Origin: Clostridia bacterium
GTDB taxonomy: Bacteria; Bacillota; Clostridia; RUG12999
Assembly (NCBI GenBank): GCA_022801925.1
Contig: JAAWTG010000012.1
Coordinates: forward strand, 1,397 to 65,396
DNA length: 64,000 nucleotides
Direction: 5' to 3'
Shown here: piece after piece, positions 58,201 to 64,000 of the stretch
Layout: the number at the start of each line of letters is the position of its first letter
Numbering within the stretch: the first letter of the stretch is position 1
Translations under genes and position numbers: made by a program
The notes under the pieces: model-generated
Databases searched by the model: none
What the model saw: the letters and a program-made list of their open reading frames with translations, nothing else
What the model was told of the DNA's origin: nothing

Positions 58201-58773
58201 TATCAGTTTGGGCGCCACTTCCCGCTGCTCCGCAATGCCATGGTCTTGGAGTTCAATGAAGAAATTGTTTTCTCCGAAAATATCCAAAAAGCGCTGCGCA
58301 CTGCGGTAGGCAGCTTCATCATCATGCGCCAGAAAATTTTGCGGAATTTCGCCCGCCAGACAGGCAGAAAGCGCAATAATTCCCTCGCTGTATTGCTGCA
58401 GCACCTCCATATCAACGCGTGGTTTATAATAGAAACCTTCTGTATATCCAATAGACACAATTTTGATTAAATTGTGCCATCCGGTATCATTTTCTGCCAG
58501 CAATACCAGATGATTATATTCGCTGTCCTGTCGTCCTTCCTTGTCAAAACGGCTGCGCGGCGCGGTATAGACCTCACATCCAATAATTGGCTTTAGTCCG
58601 GCTTCTTTTGCCGCTTTATAAAATTCCACCACACCAAACATACAGCCATGGTCCGTGATGGCAAGCGAATGCATACCAAGTTCCTTTGCCTTGCTAACCA
58701 ATTGTTCAACGCGGCAGGCACCGTCCAGCAAACTATATTCCGTATGGGTGTGCAAATGTACAAAATCACGCAT
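55264..58773 (-). CDS. dnaE: DNA polymerase III alpha subunit.
   Basis: It has a PHP N-domain (MRDFVHLHTHTEYSLLDGA) and is 1169 aa. Confidence 0.9.
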   Translation of the reverse strand: MRDFVHLHTHTEYSLLDGACRVEQLVSKAKELGMHSLAITDHGCMFGVVEFYKAAKEAGLKPIIGCEVYTAPRSRFDKEGRQDSEYNHLVLLAENDTGWHNLIKIVSIGYTEGFYYKPRVDMEVLQQYSEGIIALSACLAGEIPQNFLAHDDEAAYRSAQRFLDIFGENNFFIELQDHGIAEQREVAPKLIKLARDMNIPMVVTNDIHYIEKQDARVQDALLCIQTGKKFADTDRMQFATEEFYLKNADEMAALFPQFPELLENTVKIAERCNVEIEFGKFHLPKFDVPEGKDAFAYLQELCYAGLKDRYGENVDTELTERLDYELNTIHGMGYTDYFLIVWDFIKYAKDHGIMVGPGRGSAAGSIVSYALKITDIDPIKYGLLFERFLNPERVSMPDIDIDFCIERRQEVIDYVISKYGKDNVSQIITFGTFGAKLVLRDAARVFDIPYSTADRLAKLVPQELKMTIDKAMQGSSELRAMYENDPEIKNAVDVAKALEGMPRHSGTHAAGVVICGQPVTDYMPLSLNGDVVTTQFDMDTVQEMGLLKMDFLGLRNLTIIRYALEFIKQSRGLDIDLSTIDYNIKEVYDMLSTGNTDGVFQLESRGMKQFIMELQPQCLEDLIAGISLFRPGPMDQIPTYIYNKNHPEKVKYKHPLLKPILDVSYGCMVYQEQVMQIVRELAGYSFGRADVVRRAMSKKKFEVMQKEREYFIHGQQDENGNILVEGAVRRGVPEDISNSIFDEMMDFANYAFNKSHAAAYAIIAYQTAYLKTLYPSEFMAALLSCVLSDSTKISQYIVDSKRMGIRLLPPDVNRSYNGFRVDQGDIRFGLEGVKHVGTNFVQAIIDERSENGTYTDLYDFCSRLKSRVINKKGVECLIKSGAMDCFGNKRAELLEVYEAMLDDITSSAKKNVEGQLSLFGELDEETNGIDDYLRGDVPELSKRQMLAFEKEMMGIYISGHPLEDYTQLLQTLDYFTIGDLQFEKQEDLKLAGVREGMEISVCGIVEHINVKTTKRGDQMAFLQLSDQFGSLEVVVFSGVFAGLKYLLKEETAVYITGRLDIQEDAQGGMQSKIVAANISLLDAMQVLKEKQAQAARVYIKLEIGKEYLLDRIKEIAARYPGEDRLYMYFEDKQKTLVSNTPIEPSEALLQELGGLLGDACVRLKQGKEA

Positions 58774-58780
58774 GGTATTT

Positions 58781-59695
58781 TTACCTCAACTTGTCCGCAA
58801 TATCAATCAATTTTCTCATTCTGTGGTTTACGCCGGATTTACCAATCGCCGGCGTGAGAAGTTGTCCGAGTTCCAACATGGAAATATCAGGGTTTTGCAG
58901 CCGCAGCCGCGCAATTTCTTGCAGCGGCGGATCCAGCGATTCCAGTCCGCGCTGTTGTTCAATTGTCCGAATTGCCTCCACCTGCCGGATAGACGCATCT
59001 ACGACTTTTGTAATGTTTGCGCTTTCAAAATTGGTGACACGGTTCGCCTGATTTTTAATTTCTTTGTAGATTTTTGTGTTATATATATCCAGCACACAGC
59101 TATATGCGCCCATCATTGTCAGCAAATCGCAAATGGTTTCACTGTCTTTCAAATATGTGACATATTTGCTTTGCCGTGTGACATTTTTCGCATGAATATG
59201 AAATGTTTCCAAAATCTGTTTCATATCTTCGCTGATTAAATAATGCGTGGTCACAAATTCAAAATGATACCGTTTTTCAGGGTCGGCAATGGAACCTCCG
59301 CCCAAAAATGCGCCGCGCACAAATGCTTTTCGGCAACATTTTTGACTGGTAATATCGGGCGAAACATGAAACGCAACGCCGTCTGTATCCGTCAACCCCA
59401 CATTTTGCAAGAGCTGCCGGATGTCCGCTACTTTAATCTTATATAGCGTATGTCTCGTACTGTATTGCTTTTTTTCAATGGTGGCAATATTACCAAATAA
59501 TTTCTGAATCAGATTATAACACCGCATTGCAACGTCGGCATTTTCAAACACAATCTGTAAGACAACACCGTCTCTGCTTTCTTTAAAAACGGCGGAATAT
59601 GCTAAAATACCGGCAAGTTCTGCATAATTACAGCAACCTTTTCTATGCACAGATTTTTTGATGATTTCTTCCTTTACCTTAGCTGTGAAAGACAC
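58781..59695 (-). CDS. whiA: DNA-binding protein WhiA.
   Basis: It has LAGLIDADG-like N-domains and a C-terminal HTH (GLESLDPPLQEIARLRLQNPDISMLELGQ). Confidence 0.9.
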   Translation of the reverse strand: MSFTAKVKEEIIKKSVHRKGCCNYAELAGILAYSAVFKESRDGVVLQIVFENADVAMRCYNLIQKLFGNIATIEKKQYSTRHTLYKIKVADIRQLLQNVGLTDTDGVAFHVSPDITSQKCCRKAFVRGAFLGGGSIADPEKRYHFEFVTTHYLISEDMKQILETFHIHAKNVTRQSKYVTYLKDSETICDLLTMMGAYSCVLDIYNTKIYKEIKNQANRVTNFESANITKVVDASIRQVEAIRTIEQQRGLESLDPPLQEIARLRLQNPDISMLELGQLLTPAIGKSGVNHRMRKLIDIADKLR

Positions 59696-59756
59696 CCTGC
59701 ATACTCCTTCCGTCTCAATTTTTCATCTGCTGTTTCAAAGGATATCCACTGCCTGA

Positions 59757-60611
59757 TTATTTCTGGTAATCGCGGTGTTGCAGCACGACTTTATGCCCCA
59801 TTTTTTTGATAAACGCATAAATATCGTTTGCAATGGCAACGCTGCGATGTTTTCCGCCGGTACAGCCAATGGCTATCACGAGTTGACTTTTCCCCTCTTC
59901 AATGTAATACGGAATCAAAAATTCAATCATGTTATCCAGTTGTTTCAAAAACTGGTCTGTTTGTTTATAAGAAAAAACATAGTCGCGTACTTCTTTATCC
60001 TCTCCTGTTTTCGGTCTGAGTTCCGGTACATAGTACGGATTGGGCAGGAAACGAACGTCAAACACCAAATCACTGTCAATCGGAATACCATATTTGAAAC
60101 CAAACGATACAACGTTGATGATAATACCTTTATATTCTGTCTGATTCAATGCAATCTTTTTAATTTCATCTTTCAAATCAGACGGTCTAAGTTTTGTGGT
60201 ATCAATGATATATTTCGCGCGGGTTCTCACCTCAGAGAGCAAGTTGCGTTCTGTTGCAATTCCTTCCAAAACAGTACCCCGTGGCGCTAATGGATGGTTA
60301 CGGCGCGTCTCTTTATAGCGCGTTACAAGCTTGTTATCCGCCGCGTCCAGAAAAATAATTTCATACTTGAAGCCCTTTTCCTGTAGTTCATTCAAACTCT
60401 CAAACAATTGATTAAACAAATCGCCGCCACGCAAGTCGCTTACTAACGCCACATTTTCAATTTTACCGGACGATTGTTTACAGATATCCGCAAACATCGG
60501 AATGAGCGCAGGCGGCATATTGTCCACACAATAATAACCAATATCTTCCATTGCTTTCACCGCACTGCTTTTTCCCGCGCCGGAAAGTCCTGTGATAATA
60601 AAAAATTTCAT
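59757..60611 (-). CDS. rapZ: RNase adapter protein RapZ (YvcJ).
   Basis: MKFFIITGLSGAGKSSA is the P-loop N-terminus. It has AAGGTGTGAG upstream. The ORF-track GTG start at 60620 is inside the RBS. Confidence 0.9.
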   Translation of the reverse strand: MKFFIITGLSGAGKSSAVKAMEDIGYYCVDNMPPALIPMFADICKQSSGKIENVALVSDLRGGDLFNQLFESLNELQEKGFKYEIIFLDAADNKLVTRYKETRRNHPLAPRGTVLEGIATERNLLSEVRTRAKYIIDTTKLRPSDLKDEIKKIALNQTEYKGIIINVVSFGFKYGIPIDSDLVFDVRFLPNPYYVPELRPKTGEDKEVRDYVFSYKQTDQFLKQLDNMIEFLIPYYIEEGKSQLVIAIGCTGGKHRSVAIANDIYAFIKKMGHKVVLQHRDYQK

Positions 60612-60623
60612 GGTTCTCACACC

Positions 60624-61547
60624 TTAATTTATAGAATTTTGTCTTCTGCCTATCATCCGGATTTCTTCCTGGAGTTCTACACCGCTGTTTGCTTTTACCT
60701 TTTCCTTTACTGCCGCAATGAGTTCCATAACATCACGTGCAGTCGCGCCGCCGCAATTGACAATAAAACCGCTATGTTTTTCTGAAACGGCAGCGCCGCC
60801 AATTTGAAATCCTTTTAGCCCTGCCTGTTCAATCAATGCGCCGGCATAATACCCTTCCGGGCGTTTGAATACGCTTCCGGCGCTGGGCATGTCAAGCGGC
60901 TGTTTTTCCTGACGCCGCCGCGCTAAATCTTTCATAGTAGCAGCAATTTGTTCTGCCGCGCCTTTGCGCAGTTTCATAGTAGCATTTAAAATGGTATAAG
61001 CATCCTTCTGAAATACACTGCTACGATATCCAAAACGACATTCCGAACCGGATATTTCTTTCACCTCACGATTGTGGTAAACCGTGACAGAAGTAATAAT
61101 ATCTTTCATTTCTCCGCCATATGCACCAGCATTCATATAAACCGCACCGCCAAAAGAGCCGGGGATTCCCGCTGCAAATTCAAGACCTGCAAGTTCATGC
61201 TCCAGTGCAGTATTTGCTACGCGAGAGAGCATGGCACCTGCCTGTGCCCGCAGCACATCTCCTTCTACTGAGATATCATCCCATCCATGTGTCGATATGA
61301 CTGCACCATCTATACCATAATCCGACACCAGTAAATTTGAGCCGTTTCCAACAACTTGATACGGAATTTGCTCTTTGGAAAGCAACCGCACCACTTCCGG
61401 AAAATATTTTAAATCGGGGGTGATATAAATATCTGCGTTGCCGCCAATTTTAAATGTTGTGTGCAATTTCATCGGTTCGCTGAGTCGTATATTTTCTTCT
61501 CCAGCAATTTTCCTGAGTGTAGCAACAACCTGATCTGTTAATTTCAT
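60624..61547 (-). CDS. murB: UDP-N-acetylenolpyruvoylglucosamine reductase.
   Basis: It has an FAD-binding PCMH domain (TFKIGGNADIY, VGNGSNLL) at 307 aa. Confidence 0.9.
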   Translation of the reverse strand: MKLTDQVVATLRKIAGEENIRLSEPMKLHTTFKIGGNADIYITPDLKYFPEVVRLLSKEQIPYQVVGNGSNLLVSDYGIDGAVISTHGWDDISVEGDVLRAQAGAMLSRVANTALEHELAGLEFAAGIPGSFGGAVYMNAGAYGGEMKDIITSVTVYHNREVKEISGSECRFGYRSSVFQKDAYTILNATMKLRKGAAEQIAATMKDLARRRQEKQPLDMPSAGSVFKRPEGYYAGALIEQAGLKGFQIGGAAVSEKHSGFIVNCGGATARDVMELIAAVKEKVKANSGVELQEEIRMIGRRQNSIN

Positions 61548-61563
61548 GGATGTCCTCCCAACC

Positions 61564-62502
61564 TTATTTTCCTAAAAATGCAGCGCCAATCAATCCTGCA
61601 TCATTTCCGAGTCTGGCGATTTTCAATTCTGTCCTCTTTTTTCCTTGTTTAAATGATTCGCGAATACAGTACTCTTGAATAGGATTTAGCAGATAATCTC
61701 CTTCTTTGGAAATAGCGCCGCCAATGACAATCATATCCGGCTGCAAAATATTAATTAAATTCACAATGCCAATACTAACATTGTTGATATAATTTGTAAC
61801 GACCTTCTGCGCTGCGCTGTCTCCTTTTTTTGCAGCGTCGAATGCTGTTTTTCCACCGACATTCTCTAAATTTCCGCCCACCATTTCATACATCAGAGAT
61901 GTGTTATCCTCCGCCAAACTTTCTTTGGTTTGACGAATCAGTGCAGACACAGATGCATATGCTTCCCAGCAGCCATGCCGACCGCAAGTGCACTCCCGAC
62001 CGCCGGCATGCGTTACCATGTGTCCTATCTCTGCCGCAACGCCATTGGTTCCCGTAAACAATTTGTCGTTCATCACAATCCCGCCGCCGACACCAGTTCC
62101 CAGCGTTACCGCCATAAAACACTCCATTTCTTTGCCCTGCGCATAGTATTCTGCCAATGCCGCAACATTTGCATCATTGCCGAGATAGGATGGTTTTCCT
62201 GTATATTTTGTAATTTTTTCACAAACAGGTACATTTTCAAAATTAATATTTCCTGCATACATCAAAATGCCGTTTTCAGCGTCCACACTGCCCGGACTGC
62301 CCACGCCCACACTCTTAATATCATCTAATGTGAGACCGGCATTTTTGACCGTGTCCAGCGCCAAGTCCGCCATATCTTTTAAAATTTCGTCCGCTGGACG
62401 ATGTGCACCTGTCGGACGTGCATCTTTATATAAAATCTTTCCGCTTTCGTCCACCACACCCGCTTTGATATTTGTTCCGCCCAAATCAATTCCAATATAC
62501 AT
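61564..62502 (-). CDS. glcK: ROK-family glucokinase.
   Basis: MYIGIDLGGTNIKAG is the ROK signature. It also has a Cys-rich zinc site (HAGGRECTCGRHGC). Confidence 0.85.
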   Translation of the reverse strand: MYIGIDLGGTNIKAGVVDESGKILYKDARPTGAHRPADEILKDMADLALDTVKNAGLTLDDIKSVGVGSPGSVDAENGILMYAGNINFENVPVCEKITKYTGKPSYLGNDANVAALAEYYAQGKEMECFMAVTLGTGVGGGIVMNDKLFTGTNGVAAEIGHMVTHAGGRECTCGRHGCWEAYASVSALIRQTKESLAEDNTSLMYEMVGGNLENVGGKTAFDAAKKGDSAAQKVVTNYINNVSIGIVNLINILQPDMIVIGGAISKEGDYLLNPIQEYCIRESFKQGKKRTELKIARLGNDAGLIGAAFLGK

Positions 62503-62518
62503 CTCTTTCTGTCTCCTT

Positions 62519-63238
62519 TTATTTTCTTCTGTTTTCCATATATTTTAATAGCCGGTTAAAATCAGCGTTCACAATGAGTTCAGAGGGGAAATTCACTTCG
62601 TTCAACATTTGCAGCGCCTCGTCCAGCGCCGCAACCCGCCACGGTGTATGTGCGTCGGAATCTACTGAAATATAAGCACCGTATTTTTTGCAAAGCAGTG
62701 CAATTGTTTTACAATTTTCATAGCTGCCGGCACGCACCTTGAACGAGCCATTGTTGATTTCCACCACGGTTCCACTGTGCGCAGCTTCACGAATCACGCG
62801 CTCATAATCATACCTATAACGCGGGTCGCCGCTATGTCCCATCATGTCAATATGCGGATTTTGAATTACCCCGAGCCATGCATTTGTGCATTCTTCCTCT
62901 GTCATATGGAGTCCTGCAACCGGTGGATGAAAACTCGCAACCACCCATTCCATTCGTTCTTTTCGCACATCCTCAAGGTCTGTTTCACCTGCTGCATTTA
63001 AAATATTTGCCTCTATTCCGCGAAAGACGCGTACACCTGCGATTTCGCGCGGTAGCGTTGTCATATTATCAAAATGCCATGGATGCGGCGCATCTTCCAT
63101 TCCTGGACCGTGGTCTGTGATGGCAATGGCGCAAAGTCCAGCCGACTGCGCCGCCTCCGCCATTTCCTTCACCGTTCCATAGGCATGTGAACTGGCAATT
63201 GTATGCATATGCATATCTGCTATGATTGAATACCCCAT
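62519..63238 (-). CDS. PHP-domain metal-dependent phosphoesterase (YcdX-like).
   Basis: MGYSIIADMHMHTIASSHAYG...DHG... and other His/Asp clusters typical of the PHP fold are present. Confidence 0.7.
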   Translation of the reverse strand: MGYSIIADMHMHTIASSHAYGTVKEMAEAAQSAGLCAIAITDHGPGMEDAPHPWHFDNMTTLPREIAGVRVFRGIEANILNAAGETDLEDVRKERMEWVVASFHPPVAGLHMTEEECTNAWLGVIQNPHIDMMGHSGDPRYRYDYERVIREAAHSGTVVEINNGSFKVRAGSYENCKTIALLCKKYGAYISVDSDAHTPWRVAALDEALQMLNEVNFPSELIVNADFNRLLKYMENRRK

Positions 63239-63273
63239 GTTCTTTTTCCTCCGTAGTCACCAAGCACCAATAT

Positions 63274-64000
63274 CTAATTGCTGTTTTTCTCTAAATTTTC
63301 TGTCAGACGGTCATGTAATTCCTGCGCCGCATTGAATCCCATCCGTTTTTGTCTGTTATTCATCGCGGCAACCTCAATAATAACCGCCAAATTTCGTCCT
63401 TGCCGCACAGGAACGGTTAATGATGGAATTTTTACGCCTAATATATCTGTATATGTTGTTTCCATCCCTAAACGGTCGTATTCCTGTCCGTCTTTCCAAT
63501 GCTCCAAATGTACCACCAAATCAATTTTTTCCGTATCTTTTACAGCACCCATACCAAAGATGTTTTTTACATTGATGATACCAATACCACGTAGTTCAAT
63601 AAAATGACGGATAATATCAGGAGAACTGCCGACCAGAGAAGAATTGGAAACCTTTTTGATTTCGACTGCATCGTCCGCAACTAGCCGGTGACCACGCTTG
63701 AGCAACTCAATTGCCGTTTCGCTTTTTCCAACACCGCTGTCGCCCAAAATGAGCAATCCTTCACCGTATACTTCTACTAAAACGCCGTGGCGTGTCACAC
63801 GCGGCGCCAACCACACACTCAAATTCCGAATCAATTCGCTCATGAAACGGCTTGTCACTTCATCTGTTTGCAGCAGCGGCACCTTATATTTTTTGGCAGC
63901 TTCTACCATCTCTGGGAACGGCTCCATCGTCCTTGTGATAACCGCCGCCGGAATCCCTTTTGAAAAGAGCACTTCCATACTTTGCGCCCGCTGCGTAGAA
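63274..64000 (-). CDS. hprK: HPr kinase/phosphorylase, C-terminal part. The gene continues beyond the window end.
   Basis: It has a Walker A (GDSGVGKSE) and the HprK signature ([19 protein letters not shown]). The reading frame stays open upstream of MEVLF to the window edge. Confidence 0.85.
   Translation of the reverse strand, partial: STQRAQSMEVLFSKGIPAAVITRTMEPFPEMVEAAKKYKVPLLQTDEVTSRFMSELIRNLSVWLAPRVTRHGVLVEVYGEGLLILGDSGVGKSETAIELLKRGHRLVADDAVEIKKVSNSSLVGSSPDIIRHFIELRGIGIINVKNIFGMGAVKDTEKIDLVVHLEHWKDGQEYDRLGMETTYTDILGVKIPSLTVPVRQGRNLAVIIEVAAMNNRQKRMGFNAAQELHDRLTENLEKNSN

Noticed and set aside
1-64000. CRISPR arrays, rRNA and tRNA genes, IS elements or transposases, and prophage structural genes.
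   Set aside because: I looked for regularly spaced direct repeats, tRNA-like cloverleaf regions in the intergenic spaces, and DDE or serine recombinase ORFs. None was found. The only recombinase is the Xer-like tyrosine recombinase, and it has no adjacent tRNA and no flanking direct repeats in view.

Overview
This 64 kb window is a chromosomal segment from a low-GC Gram-positive bacterium. Gene content and synteny look Firmicutes/Clostridia-like, but I cannot name the organism.

I count about 60 protein-coding genes, tightly packed and mostly housekeeping. I found no rRNA, tRNA, CRISPR array, IS element or obvious prophage.

**Left block, 1 to about 22.6 kb.** All genes are on the + strand. 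It holds the conserved B. subtilis-type cluster yloC(yicC)-remA-gmk-rpoZ-coaBC-priA-def-fmt-rsmB-rlmN-stp(PP2C)-prkC-rsgA-rpe-thiN. After it come three membrane proteins, a pair of M16 peptidases, a small lipoprotein and a Xer-like tyrosine recombinase.

**Right block, about 22.9 to 64 kb.** Everything is on the - strand. In order of transcription it holds hprK, a PHP phosphatase, glcK, murB, rapZ, whiA, dnaE, an alpha/beta hydrolase, a NifS-type cysteine desulfurase, thiI, dxs, tlyA, thpR, a membrane protein, rho, an M23 peptidase, a SEDS (rodA/ftsW) gene, ywiB-argS, a secreted protein, an S41 C-terminal protease, an ECF S component, proB, purL, lysA, serC-serA, pth, mfd, a PrsA-like lipoprotein, a GH32 hydrolase with a fructokinase, and a small membrane-protein ORF.

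**Main finding.** The two blocks converge at about 22.65-22.9 kb, and sampled G/C skew on the + strand flips at the same place. That is the signature of a replication terminus.

In that convergence zone sit the Xer-like recombinase, a canonical TTGACA-17-TAAAAT promoter for it, and a perfect 11-6-11 (34 bp) palindrome abutting the -10 box (so covering the predicted start site) and ending 25 bp before the start codon. I read this as a candidate single-recombinase, dif-like chromosome dimer resolution module of the XerS/XerH type, although an autoregulatory operator is an equally sequence-consistent reading. A small AT-rich islet and several long hairpins lie alongside it.

All calls rest on reading the translations and motifs by eye. 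No database searches were run.
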